The notes beneath the pieces are model-generated. The model was given only the letters and a program-made list of their open reading frames with translations. It was not told where the DNA came from and ran no database searches. A stretch of DNA of 64,000 nt from Thermotogota bacterium (GTDB lineage Bacteria; Thermotogota; Thermotogae; Petrotogales; Petrotogaceae): NCBI GenBank assembly GCA_051748045.1, contig JBNJGY010000003.1, forward strand, positions 19,629-83,628, given 5' to 3'. The position numbers and the translations under genes are program-made. The first letter of the stretch is position 1; every line of letters begins with the position of its first letter. Below, one piece after another: positions 52,847 through 62,468 of this stretch.

Positions 52847-54124
52847 ATGGCTAATGCTTTCAGGAATATATTCAAGATCCCGGAACTCCGGGATCGCGTC
52901 ATTTTCACACTTTTAGCCCTAATAGCATTCAGAGTTGGGATTTATATTCCTATTCCAGGTATCAATGTAGAAGCTTGGCAAGGTGCATTAGGCGGAGCGC
53001 AAAGTGGCGTTGCAGGGGGATTTATTGGTTTTTTTGATGTTTTTGCTGGTGGAGCTTTACAAAATTTCTCAATTTTTGTTATGAGTGTTACACCTTATAT
53101 CAACGCATCAATTATTTTACAATTGCTATCTTCAGTTTTACCTAGCTTAAAAGAAATGATGAAAGAAGGAGAAGCTGGTAAAAAGAAATTTGGAGCATTG
53201 ACAAGAAAATTAACACTAGCAATTGGTGGAGTTCAAGGTCTTATGCTTTCTATAGCAGCTTCAAACTATAGTGCAGAAGCATTACCGAACTTTATGTTTG
53301 TAATATTATCAACAGCTTCAATCATGGCAGGTACAATGTTCTTGTTATGGTTAGGTGAAATGATAACAGAAAAAGGAATAGGTAATGGTATATCTGTTCT
53401 AATTTTTGCTGGTATAGTTTCTAGATATCCTAGTTATGCAGCTCAAGCTTTTGTTGGTATGACACCAATTGAATGGATTTTATTATTAACTGTAGTAATA
53501 ATAATTGTTGTTGCGACAGTAGCTGTTCAAACTTCTGAAAGAAGAATAAATATCCAATATGCTAAAAGAGTTGTTGGTAATAAGATGTATGGTGGATCAT
53601 CTACTTACATTCCAGTAAAAGTTAATGGTGGGGGAGTTATTCCTGTAATTTTTGCTTCAGCTATTATGACTTTACCAAATTTAATTTCAGAAATGACACA
53701 AAATACAGTTGATGATAGATTATTTGGAATTGGTGCTCCATTGTATTTAGCACTTTACGGATTATTAGTATTTTTCTTTACATACTTCTATAGTTCAGTA
53801 GTATTAGATCCAAATGATGTTGCTAATAATGTTAGAAGCTATGGAGGATTTATTCCTGGTATTAGACCAGGTAAACCTACTCAAAGATATATCAGAAATG
53901 TTATGAATAGAGTTACTTTTATTGGAGCTTTATTCTTAGTTATAATTGCTTTGCTACCTTATTTAATAAGAAGTGGAGCTGGAGTTAACATCTGGATTGG
54001 AGGTACAAGTACTCTTATTGCAGTTGGTGTTGCTCTAGATATACTACAACAAATGGAACAACATATGATCGCCAGACAGTACGAAGGATTTATGAAGAAA
54101 GGAAAACTTCGTGGAAGGAGATGA
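52847..54124 (+). CDS. secY: Preprotein translocase subunit SecY
   Basis: PYINASII, GIGNGIS, GVIPVIFA, IPGIRPG, GGTS.LI. Confidence 0.98.
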   Translation: MANAFRNIFKIPELRDRVIFTLLALIAFRVGIYIPIPGINVEAWQGALGGAQSGVAGGFIGFFDVFAGGALQNFSIFVMSVTPYINASIILQLLSSVLPSLKEMMKEGEAGKKKFGALTRKLTLAIGGVQGLMLSIAASNYSAEALPNFMFVILSTASIMAGTMFLLWLGEMITEKGIGNGISVLIFAGIVSRYPSYAAQAFVGMTPIEWILLLTVVIIIVVATVAVQTSERRINIQYAKRVVGNKMYGGSSTYIPVKVNGGGVIPVIFASAIMTLPNLISEMTQNTVDDRLFGIGAPLYLALYGLLVFFFTYFYSSVVLDPNDVANNVRSYGGFIPGIRPGKPTQRYIRNVMNRVTFIGALFLVIIALLPYLIRSGAGVNIWIGGTSTLIAVGVALDILQQMEQHMIARQYEGFMKKGKLRGRR

Positions 54125-54130
54125 CCCAAA

Positions 54131-54787
54131 ATGAAGTTAATCTTTTTTGGACCTCCAGGAGCTGGTAAAGGCACCCAAGCACAAAAAACATCTGAAGAGT
54201 TTGAAATTCCACATGTATCAACAGGGGACATTTTAAGAGAAGCAGTTAAAAATAAAACAGAGCTTGGATTAAAAGTTAAAGATATTCTCGAGAGAGGAGA
54301 TCTAGTTTCTGATGAAATAATTAATAAACTAGTTGAAAAAAAGGTCAATGAATTAGATTCTTTTATTTTAGATGGTTATCCAAGAACTTTAGATCAAGCT
54401 AAATTTTTAGATAAAGCTTTAGATGAAGCTAATAAAAAAATAGATGCAATAATAATGATAGACGTTTCTGAAGAAGATATAGTCGAAAGAATTACTAACA
54501 GAAGAGTCTGCCCTAAGTGTGGAAAAGTGTACAATCTTTTGACATTAAAACCCAAAGATGATATGAAATGTGATATTGATGGTGCTAGATTAGTACAAAG
54601 AGACGATGATAAGGAAGAGACAGTAAGAGATAGATATAGAGTTTATAAAAAAAATACAGAACCTGTAATTGAATATTATAGAAAAAATAAAAAAATTTTT
54701 ACAATAGACGGCTCAAAAGATATAAAAGATGTAACAAAAGAACTGTTTAATATACTCAGAGGAGCATCATCTGATGATAATAATTAA
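54131..54787 (+). CDS. adk: Adenylate kinase (Zn-LID type)
   Basis: GPPGAGKGTQA, STGDILR, LDGYPR, CPKC LID, QRDDD. Confidence 0.98.
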   Translation: MKLIFFGPPGAGKGTQAQKTSEEFEIPHVSTGDILREAVKNKTELGLKVKDILERGDLVSDEIINKLVEKKVNELDSFILDGYPRTLDQAKFLDKALDEANKKIDAIIMIDVSEEDIVERITNRRVCPKCGKVYNLLTLKPKDDMKCDIDGARLVQRDDDKEETVRDRYRVYKKNTEPVIEYYRKNKKIFTIDGSKDIKDVTKELFNILRGASSDDNN

Positions 54788-55541
54788 GACAGACAAGGAA
54801 ATATATAAAATGAGACGGGCCGGCGAATACTTAGCCCGTCTCCTTGATGTACATTTACCAACACTTATAAAGCAAGGGAACAATGCAGAGCAAGTTGAAA
54901 AATTTGTCTTGAAATACATTAAAGAAATTGGAGGAATTCCTACATTTAAGGGCTATTATGATTATCCATATGCAATAAATATGTCTATAAATGAGGAAAT
55001 AATTCACGGATTTCCTACAAAACAAAAAATATTCAAAGATGGAGATATAGTTTCTGTAGACTGTGGAATTACCCTTGATGGTTATATAGCCGACAGTGCT
55101 AGAACTTACTATGTCGGTGAAATAAAAGAAGAAGAGAAAAAACTAATTGATACAACATATGAAGCACTAATGGTTGGAATAAAAAATGCCATTATTGGAA
55201 ATAGAGTTGGAGATATAAGTAATGCAATTCAAACATATGTTGAAAATAGGGGTTTTTCCGTTATTAGAGACTTTGTAGGTCATGGTGTCGGCAGAAAACT
55301 TCATGAAGATCCTCAAGTACCAAACTTTGGTAAAGCTGGTAAAGGTCCAAAACTTAGAAAAAATATGACTTTAGCAATTGAACCTATGGTTGCTGCTGGA
55401 GACTATAAGGTTGAAATTCTTGAAGACGGATGGACAACAGTCACCAAAGATAGAAGTAAAGCTGCTCATTTTGAATATACAATAGTTATTAAAGAAGAAG
55501 GCCCTGAAATTTTAACAGGTTCTCCAAATCTAAAACCCTAA
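54774..55541 (+). CDS. map: Methionine aminopeptidase type I
   Basis: [27 protein letters not shown]. Confidence 0.97.
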   Translation: MIIIKTDKEIYKMRRAGEYLARLLDVHLPTLIKQGNNAEQVEKFVLKYIKEIGGIPTFKGYYDYPYAINMSINEEIIHGFPTKQKIFKDGDIVSVDCGITLDGYIADSARTYYVGEIKEEEKKLIDTTYEALMVGIKNAIIGNRVGDISNAIQTYVENRGFSVIRDFVGHGVGRKLHEDPQVPNFGKAGKGPKLRKNMTLAIEPMVAAGDYKVEILEDGWTTVTKDRSKAAHFEYTIVIKEEGPEILTGSPNLKP

Positions 55542-55558
55542 AGAAAAGGGGGGATATT

Positions 55559-55807
55559 ATGGCTAAGAAAAAAGATGTTATCACAATGGAAGGTAAAATA
55601 TTAGAATCTCTCCCAAATGCCAGATTTCGTGTTGAATTAGAAAATGGTCATGAAATATTAGCTCATATATCAGGTAGAATGAGAAAAAACTTTATAAGAT
55701 TATTACCGGGAGACAAAGTAACTGTAGAAGTTTCTATATATGATTTAAATAAAGGTAGAATAACAAGGAGAGAAAAGATAAAGAGAACTGATGATAACAA
55801 TAACTAA
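55559..55807 (+). CDS. infA: Translation initiation factor IF-1
   Basis: [26 protein letters not shown]. Confidence 0.98.
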   Translation: MAKKKDVITMEGKILESLPNARFRVELENGHEILAHISGRMRKNFIRLLPGDKVTVEVSIYDLNKGRITRREKIKRTDDNNN

Positions 55808-55820
55808 GGAGGACACTATT

Positions 55821-55937
55821 ATGAAAGTTAGAGCATCAGTAAAAAAAAGATGTGAAAATTGTAGAGTGATTAGAAGAAGAGGAAGAGTTTGGGTTGTTTG
55901 TGACAAAAATCCGAAACATAATCAAAGACAAGGTTAA
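55821..55937 (+). CDS. rpmJ: 50S ribosomal protein L36
   Basis: Manual translation [47 protein letters not shown]. Confidence 0.97.
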   Translation: MKVRASVKKRCENCRVIRRRGRVWVVCDKNPKHNQRQG

Positions 55938-55952
55938 AAAGGAGGTATATAA

Positions 55953-56318
55953 ATGGCTCGTATTCTAGGGGTTGAAATACCAAATAATAAAAAAACATAC
56001 GTATCATTGCAATCAATATATGGTATTGGTGAAAAAACAGCTTATGATATATTAAATTCATTAGAGATTGACCCAGAAATGAAAACAAAAGATTTAACTG
56101 ATGATCAAATTTCTAAATTAGCTCATTATATTAACGAAACATATTTAGTTGAAGGTGACTTAAGACAAGAGACAAATAAAAATATCAAGAGACTAATAGA
56201 AATCGGATCTTACAGAGGAAAAAGACATAAGGCAAAATTACCTGTAAGAGGACAAAAAACACATGCTAACGCAAGAACAAGAAAAGGCCCAAGATTAACT
56301 AAAATCAGAAAAAAATAA
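55953..56318 (+). CDS. rpsM: 30S ribosomal protein S13
   Basis: MARILGV, IYGIG, LPVRGQ.T..NARTRKG. Confidence 0.98.
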   Translation: MARILGVEIPNNKKTYVSLQSIYGIGEKTAYDILNSLEIDPEMKTKDLTDDQISKLAHYINETYLVEGDLRQETNKNIKRLIEIGSYRGKRHKAKLPVRGQKTHANARTRKGPRLTKIRKK

Positions 56319-56333
56319 AGGGAGGTTAACTGA

Positions 56334-56717
56334 ATGGCTAAAAAGAAAGCTAGACCAAAGAAAAAGAAAATATCAGTTGAAAAAGGTGTTGTACATATAA
56401 ATTCAACTTTTAATAATACAATCATTACTTTAGCTGATCCAAACGGGAATACTGTAACTTGGTCAAGTGGAGGAAATGCTGGATTTAAAGGAACAAAAAA
56501 AGGTACTCCTTATGCATCTCAATTAGCTGCTGATAAAGTTGCTAAAGAAGCTATGAAATTGGGAGTAAAAAGAGTTGACATAGAAGTAAAAGGACCAGGA
56601 TCAGGTAGAGAATCTGCAATTAGATCAGTTCAAGCAGCAGGTTTAACTGTTGAAGGAATTAGAGATGTAACTCCTATTCCTCATAATGGATGTAGACCTA
56701 AAAAGAAAAGATTTTAA
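56334..56717 (+). CDS. rpsK: 30S ribosomal protein S11
   Basis: [30 protein letters not shown]. Confidence 0.98.
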   Translation: MAKKKARPKKKKISVEKGVVHINSTFNNTIITLADPNGNTVTWSSGGNAGFKGTKKGTPYASQLAADKVAKEAMKLGVKRVDIEVKGPGSGRESAIRSVQAAGLTVEGIRDVTPIPHNGCRPKKKRF

Positions 56718-56745
56718 TCAGAGTTATTAAAGGAGGTTAACAATA

Positions 56746-57375
56746 ATGGCAAGATATAGAGGCCCTCTTGAAAAGCTTTCAAGAAGAGAAGGATTCAATC
56801 TTCTTTTAAAAGGGGAAAGAAGTTATTCAGAAAAATCATCAGCTGTTAAAAGAAATTTTGCACCAGGGCAGCATGGTAAAGAAAATAAAAAATTAACTCA
56901 ATATGGAAAACAATTAAGATCAAAACAAGCTGTAAAAAGAATTTATGGAGTTTTAGAAAAACAATTCAGAAGATATTTTGAAGAAGCTGCAAAGAGAGAA
57001 GGACAAACAGGTGAAACCTTAATGCAGTTATTAGAATCAAGATTAGATACAGTTGCATTCCAAATGGGTTTTGCTGTTAACAGAAGAACTGCAAGACAAA
57101 TGATTAGACATGGACATATCTTAGTAAATGGTTCTAAAGTTGATATTCCATCATACAGAGTAAAAGAAAGTGATATTATTGAAGTAAAAGAAGGAAGTAG
57201 AAGTATTCAACAAATTAAAGAAGGTATCGATCTTGCAGATAGACTAGGAAGAACTCCAGCTTGGATCGATGTAAATAAAGATCAGTTTAAAGGAACTTTT
57301 GTTAGAATACCATCAATGGATGAAATGGACGTACCTGTAGATGTACAGGATATTATCGAGCTTTATTCAAAATAA
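56746..57375 (+). CDS. rpsD: 30S ribosomal protein S4
   Basis: MARY.GP, PGQHG, LESRLD, ARQ...HGH, IIELYSK. Confidence 0.98.
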   Translation: MARYRGPLEKLSRREGFNLLLKGERSYSEKSSAVKRNFAPGQHGKENKKLTQYGKQLRSKQAVKRIYGVLEKQFRRYFEEAAKREGQTGETLMQLLESRLDTVAFQMGFAVNRRTARQMIRHGHILVNGSKVDIPSYRVKESDIIEVKEGSRSIQQIKEGIDLADRLGRTPAWIDVNKDQFKGTFVRIPSMDEMDVPVDVQDIIELYSK

Positions 57376-57475
57376 TATTATTGTTTTCAGTTAATACAAA
57401 AAATGAGGATCACCTCGTCCAAAATCAAGGAAAGGAGGTGTACCCGGTTAATAGCAAGATAATCCGGGGAAGCAT

Positions 57476-58528
57476 ATGGAATTATTAATTAAACCAGATA
57501 AATTTGAATTGGTAGAGGAAAGACAAGAAAAAGATTATAATTATTCAAGATATGAATTATATCCTCTAGAAAAAGGTTATTCTGTAACTATTGGTAATGC
57601 ATTAAGAAGAGTTTTATTATCTTCTATACCTGCGTTAGCAATAACAGGTCTTAGAATACCTGGTAAATTACATGAATTTGATACTTTAGAGGGTGTAAAA
57701 GAAGATTTATTAGAAATTGCATTAAATTTAAAACAAGTTCAAATCGCTGCAGAAAATATAGAAGAAATAAAAGAATTAGAAGAACCAATTACTCTTACTG
57801 TAAGTAAAACAGGGCCTGGAGAATTATTAGCAGGTGATATAGATACACCTACTGGTATTGAGATATCTAATCCAGATTTTGTTATTGCAACTATTACTGA
57901 TGAAATTGAAGTTGAAATGGAATTATTTGCAGAACCAGGTAAAGGTTTTGTACCATCTAACGAATTAGACCATCCAACAGATATAGAATATATTTTTATA
58001 GACGGAGTTTTTAGTCCAGTTACTAAAGTTAATTACTTAACAGAAAATATTCGTGTTGGTAAAAGAACTGACTATGATAAACTAATTTTAGATATTTGGA
58101 CAAAAAAGAATCTCACTCCTGAAAATGCTCTTAAAAGAGCTACAGAAATATTGATGGAACATTTTATTTTCATCGCAAAACTTTGGAAAGATACTAACAT
58201 ATTAGAAACGCTTGAACCTGTCCAGGATATGGGTGGAGCTGATGAAGATGAAGAATCAGAAGATTCCGAATCAAATATGTTTGGTCTTTCTACTGAAATT
58301 GTTGAAACATCTATAGATAATTTAGACCTTACAAAAAGAGCAAAAAATTGTTTAAAGAGAGAAAGAATCAACAATGTGGGTGAATTATTAAATAAAACAC
58401 CTGAAGAATTAATGAAAATAAAAAATTTCGGTAGAAAATCGTTAGAAGAAATAAAAAAGGAATTAGAAGAGAAATTCAATATTGAATATGAAAAATTGTA
58501 CGATGAAGGGAGGAGCTCTGAAGAATGA
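57476..58528 (+). CDS. rpoA: DNA-directed RNA polymerase subunit alpha
   Basis: PLEKGY..TIGNALRRVLLSSI, GVKED, FSPV, alpha-CTD RAKNCLK...KNFGRKSL. Confidence 0.98.
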   Translation: MELLIKPDKFELVEERQEKDYNYSRYELYPLEKGYSVTIGNALRRVLLSSIPALAITGLRIPGKLHEFDTLEGVKEDLLEIALNLKQVQIAAENIEEIKELEEPITLTVSKTGPGELLAGDIDTPTGIEISNPDFVIATITDEIEVEMELFAEPGKGFVPSNELDHPTDIEYIFIDGVFSPVTKVNYLTENIRVGKRTDYDKLILDIWTKKNLTPENALKRATEILMEHFIFIAKLWKDTNILETLEPVQDMGGADEDEESEDSESNMFGLSTEIVETSIDNLDLTKRAKNCLKRERINNVGELLNKTPEELMKIKNFGRKSLEEIKKELEEKFNIEYEKLYDEGRSSEE

Positions 58529-58914
58529 GACATAGAGTAAAAAGAAATAAACTCAATAGATATGCTTCACATAGAAAAGCCCTCGTTAAAAACATTGCAA
58601 GAAGTGTTTTTGAAGAAGGTTCTATAGTAACTACTACAGCTAAAGCAAAAGTTGCAAGAACTTTAGTTGAAAAAATAATAACAAAAGCTAGAAAAGCAAA
58701 TGCTGCTGATACACCAGAAAGAAAAATGGCATTAAGCAGAGAAATAAATAGAAATTTCAACGACAGAAAATTAGTTGATAAAATAGTGAATGAGATAGCT
58801 CCAAAATATCAAGATAGAAATGGTGGATATACAAGAATCTTGAAAATTGGATTTAGAAGAGGCGATGCTTCTGAAATGTCTTTATTCCAATTGTTACCTG
58901 TAGAAGAAAAATAA
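58525..58914 (+). CDS. rplQ: 50S ribosomal protein L17
   Basis: MRHR...KLNR, TT..KAK, RNGGYTRI.K.G.R.GD. Confidence 0.98.
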   Translation: MRHRVKRNKLNRYASHRKALVKNIARSVFEEGSIVTTTAKAKVARTLVEKIITKARKANAADTPERKMALSREINRNFNDRKLVDKIVNEIAPKYQDRNGGYTRILKIGFRRGDASEMSLFQLLPVEEK

Positions 58915-58928
58915 TAGATAAAATAATG

Positions 58929-58960
58929 AAAGAGGGTTTATTTTTAAACCCTCTTTTTTT
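58929..58960 (+). terminator. Terminator at the end of the alpha operon
   Basis: AAAGAGGGTTTA-TTTT-TAAACCCTCTTT plus a T-run. Confidence 0.9.
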
Positions 58961-59081
58961 ATGCCAATAAATATAAGTTTCAATAAGTCTTTTTTATAAT
59001 GAATTATGATACAATGTTAATAGAGAGTCTTGCCAGGTAAATTCTTTCCAATTTCTTCAAAAAACTACGGAGGTGTACTTT

Positions 59082-60386
59082 TTGTCAGATAATAATAAAA
59101 GTTCAAAAGATAATATTAGAGCAGTAGAGTTTGATATTGCTAAGTTAAGTGAAATGTCTAGAAAAGAATTATATAATTTTGCTAGACAGTATAATATATC
59201 AAACTATTCTAAAATGACTAAAAATGAATTGATGTTTTCAATTTTAAGAAAACAAACAGAATCAATTGGATATTTTTTCTATGAAGGTGTAATAGAAATA
59301 TTACCAGATGGATACGGGTTTCTTAGAAATGTTGATAATTCACTTCTTCAAGGACCTGATGATGTTTACGTTTCTCAATCTCAAATCAGAAGATTTAATT
59401 TATTTACAGGAGATGTCGTAGCTGGTCAAGTAAGACCTCCGAAAGAAGGAGAAAAATTCTTTGCTTTACTTAGAATAGAAGCTGTAAATTCTTTGAAGCC
59501 TGAAAATAGTAAAGATAGAGTTTCTTTCGAGAATCTAACTCCAGAATATCCAACAAAAATGATGAATTTAGAACATGAAAACGGCCCAGTAAGTTCTAGA
59601 ATTGTAGATATATTTTCTCCTATTGGTTATGGGCAAAGAGGACTTATTGTGTCACCCCCAAAAGCAGGTAAAACAACTTTATTAAAGGGAATAGCGAATT
59701 CTATAGCAAAAAATCATCCTAACACAAAAAGATATGTGTTACTTATGGATGAAAGGCCTGAAGAAGTTACTGATATTAGAGACACAGTTAACGCTGATGT
59801 TATAGCGGCTCCTTTTGATATGGATCCAAAAAATCAAATAAAAGTATCAGAAATGATTTTAAATTTAGTTAAACGACAAGTTGAATTTGGACATGATGTT
59901 GTTATTTTAATGGATAGTTTAACAAGATTCGCTAGAGCATATAATTTACATGTGCCTTCAAGTGGTAAACTATTAAGCGGTGGAGTAGATCCAGCAGCAC
60001 TTACATTTCCAAAAAAATTTTTTGGAGCTGCAAGAAAAATTAGAGAAGGTGGATCTTTAACAATTATAGCAACTGCTCTAGTAGATACTGGTTCTAAAAT
60101 GGATGAAGTTATATTTGAAGAGTTCAAGGGTACAGGAAATATGGAATTAATACTATCAAGAGAGATAGCAAACGACAGAATATTTCCCGCGTTGAATATT
60201 AAGCAATCGGGGACTAGAAAAGAAGAATTACTTATAGATTCTGAAAATTTAAAAAATATTTTTGTTTTAAGAAAAATAATAAGTGATATGGGGAATAAAG
60301 ATACTATCGAATTTGTTTTAAATATTTTTAAAAAACATAAAACTAATAAAGAAATGTTTGAAGCAATAGAAAAACAAAAAATATAA
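59082..60386 (+). CDS. rho: Transcription termination factor Rho
   Basis: DGYGFLR, YVSQSQIRRF, PPKAGKT, DERPEEVTD, EFKGTGNME; TTG 59082 by SD spacing. Confidence 0.98.
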   Translation: MSDNNKSSKDNIRAVEFDIAKLSEMSRKELYNFARQYNISNYSKMTKNELMFSILRKQTESIGYFFYEGVIEILPDGYGFLRNVDNSLLQGPDDVYVSQSQIRRFNLFTGDVVAGQVRPPKEGEKFFALLRIEAVNSLKPENSKDRVSFENLTPEYPTKMMNLEHENGPVSSRIVDIFSPIGYGQRGLIVSPPKAGKTTLLKGIANSIAKNHPNTKRYVLLMDERPEEVTDIRDTVNADVIAAPFDMDPKNQIKVSEMILNLVKRQVEFGHDVVILMDSLTRFARAYNLHVPSSGKLLSGGVDPAALTFPKKFFGAARKIREGGSLTIIATALVDTGSKMDEVIFEEFKGTGNMELILSREIANDRIFPALNIKQSGTRKEELLIDSENLKNIFVLRKIISDMGNKDTIEFVLNIFKKHKTNKEMFEAIEKQKI

Positions 60387-60405
60387 AGTAATATGGGGGG
60401 ATAAT

Positions 60406-61137
60406 ATGCTCTATAAAAAAAGTTATTTGGTAGATAATCCTAAAGAAAATATTTTTATAGTACACGGATTAGGTGAATATTCAGGTAGATATTTAGATTT
60501 AATTAGAAAACTTAATTCATTGGATATGAATGTCTACACCTTTGATTTACCAGGTCATGGAAATTCACCTGGAAAAAGAGGGGATATCAAAAGCTTTTAT
60601 GAAATATATTCATTTATAGATGAATTCGCCCCTGATGATTTTATTCTATTTGGACATTCATTAGGAGGACTAATAAGTGCAAGATATTGTGAATTAGATT
60701 TGAAAAATCCAAAGAAACTGATCTTATCTTCTCCTGCAATAGGAGATGTTTCCCAGAAAAAGATTTTATTGAACATTATGTCTATTTTTCCTTCTTTATC
60801 TTTTTCAAATGGTATCCCAGCAGATCAAATTTCAACAGATGAAAAAGAAAATGAAAGATATACAGAAGATCCTTTAATTCATGATAAAATAACTGTTAGA
60901 ACTGCCAAACAAATGTTCAAAGAAGCTGAAAAAGCTCTAATAAATATAGAAAATATAAATATCCCGACTATTTTATTATATGGAGAAGAAGACAAAATTA
61001 TAAACAAATTTGAATATAAAAAAATATCCAATGATAATATAGAATTAGTTAGCTTTAGATTAGGAAAACATGAATTGATAAATTGTAAATACAATCAAGA
61101 AAAATATTTTAATAAAATAAAAGATTTTATAAAATAA
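60406..61137 (+). CDS. Alpha/beta hydrolase (lysophospholipase/monoacylglycerol lipase-like)
   Basis: VHGLGEYSGRY, DLPGHG.SPG.RG, nucleophile GHSLGG, Asp (GEEDKI) and His (KHEL). Confidence 0.88.
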   Translation: MLYKKSYLVDNPKENIFIVHGLGEYSGRYLDLIRKLNSLDMNVYTFDLPGHGNSPGKRGDIKSFYEIYSFIDEFAPDDFILFGHSLGGLISARYCELDLKNPKKLILSSPAIGDVSQKKILLNIMSIFPSLSFSNGIPADQISTDEKENERYTEDPLIHDKITVRTAKQMFKEAEKALINIENINIPTILLYGEEDKIINKFEYKKISNDNIELVSFRLGKHELINCKYNQEKYFNKIKDFIK

Positions 61138-61166
61138 AAGTCGGGTTATTATATACCCGATTTTTT
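61137..61166 (+). terminator. Terminator-like hairpin after the hydrolase
   Basis: AAAGTCGGGT...ACCCGATTTTTT. Confidence 0.7.
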
Positions 61167-61190
61167 AAAACAAAATGGAGATGAATTTCA

Positions 61191-62468
61191 ATGGAAAATA
61201 TTATTTTGAAAGATCCTTACATTTTAAAAAGTGCTGATAGTGAAATAATAAAAAAATCTCTAATAATAAAAAATGATGAAATTTATGAAATAATTGACTT
61301 TTCTGAAATTAGTGAAAAATTAAAAAATAGTTCAAAGATAATCGATTTAAAAGATAAATTAGTACTTCCTGGTTTTATTAATACACATTCTCATTCAGTC
61401 ATGTCATTGTTTAAAGGTATGGCAGATGATTTAGATTTTGAAAATTGGTTATTTAAAAATATGCTTCCAAGAGAAGAATTGTTAACAAATGAAATGGCTT
61501 ATTGGGGTAGTTTATTATCTCAAATAGAAATGATAAAAAATGGTATAACATCTTTTGCTGATATGTATATGTTTACTGACCAAATATCAAAAGCAACTAT
61601 TGATTCTGGGATGAGAGCTTTTATTTCTAGAGGATTGGCTTCAGACAATGAAGAAGGATGGAAAACAAGAATAAAAGAAAATTTAAAAACAATTGAAAAA
61701 TATCATAAATTTGAAAAAAGAATTAAAATAGGGTTTGGGCCCCATGCTCCATACACTGTATCAGAAAAATACTTAAAAGAAGTCGCAAAATTAACTGAAA
61801 AATATGATACTCACTTACAAATTCATTTATTTGAATCTAAAAATGAAAAATATAAATTGATGGATCTAGAAAAAACAGGTATTTTTGATGTTCCTGTTAT
61901 AGCTGCTCATTGTGTTCATGTATCTGATGAAGACATTAAAATATTATCAAAACATGAAGTTAATGTTTCTCACAATCCATCAAGTAATTTAAAATTAGGT
62001 AATGGTATGATGCCTTTAAAAAAAATGTTGGAAGAAAATATTAATATTTCAATAGGAACTGATGGAAGTGCAAGTAATAATTCTTTGAATGTTTTAAAGG
62101 AAATACAGCTATCAGCTTTATACTACAAGTCATTATATTCGCCTAGTACAATTAAAAATGAAGAATTCTTAAGAATGATTTGGGAAAATGGAGGATTTGC
62201 TTATAATGAAGAAATAGGACGTTTAGAAGAAGACTTTAAAGCTGATTTAATTGTAATTGATTTAGATACTCCAGAATTTAAACCTTTTGATTTAAAAAGA
62301 ATAAAGTCTCATATATTATATTCAATGAATCCATCCAACATTATTTCATCAATGATCGCTGGAAAATGGGTTTATAAAGATAAAAAAATCTTGTGTGTTC
62401 AGGAGGAAGAGGTATATGAAAATTTCAAAAAATATTACATTGAACTCGAAAATTCTTTTAACAATTAA
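61191..62468 (+). CDS. mtaD: Amidohydrolase, 5'-methylthioadenosine/S-adenosylhomocysteine deaminase-like
   Basis: PGFINTHSH, ADMY, PHAPYT, HLFE, AHCVH, HNPSSNLKLG.G, GTDG.ASNN. Confidence 0.8.
   Translation: MENIILKDPYILKSADSEIIKKSLIIKNDEIYEIIDFSEISEKLKNSSKIIDLKDKLVLPGFINTHSHSVMSLFKGMADDLDFENWLFKNMLPREELLTNEMAYWGSLLSQIEMIKNGITSFADMYMFTDQISKATIDSGMRAFISRGLASDNEEGWKTRIKENLKTIEKYHKFEKRIKIGFGPHAPYTVSEKYLKEVAKLTEKYDTHLQIHLFESKNEKYKLMDLEKTGIFDVPVIAAHCVHVSDEDIKILSKHEVNVSHNPSSNLKLGNGMMPLKKMLEENINISIGTDGSASNNSLNVLKEIQLSALYYKSLYSPSTIKNEEFLRMIWENGGFAYNEEIGRLEEDFKADLIVIDLDTPEFKPFDLKRIKSHILYSMNPSNIISSMIAGKWVYKDKKILCVQEEEVYENFKKYYIELENSFNN

Noticed and set aside
57403..57462. 19-codon uORF (MRITSSKIKERRCTRLIAR) before rpoA
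   Set aside because: No SD and atypical codons; better explained by RNA structure
59020..59070. C-rich, G-poor leader as a Rho autoregulation site
   Set aside because: Too short and too close to background composition to support
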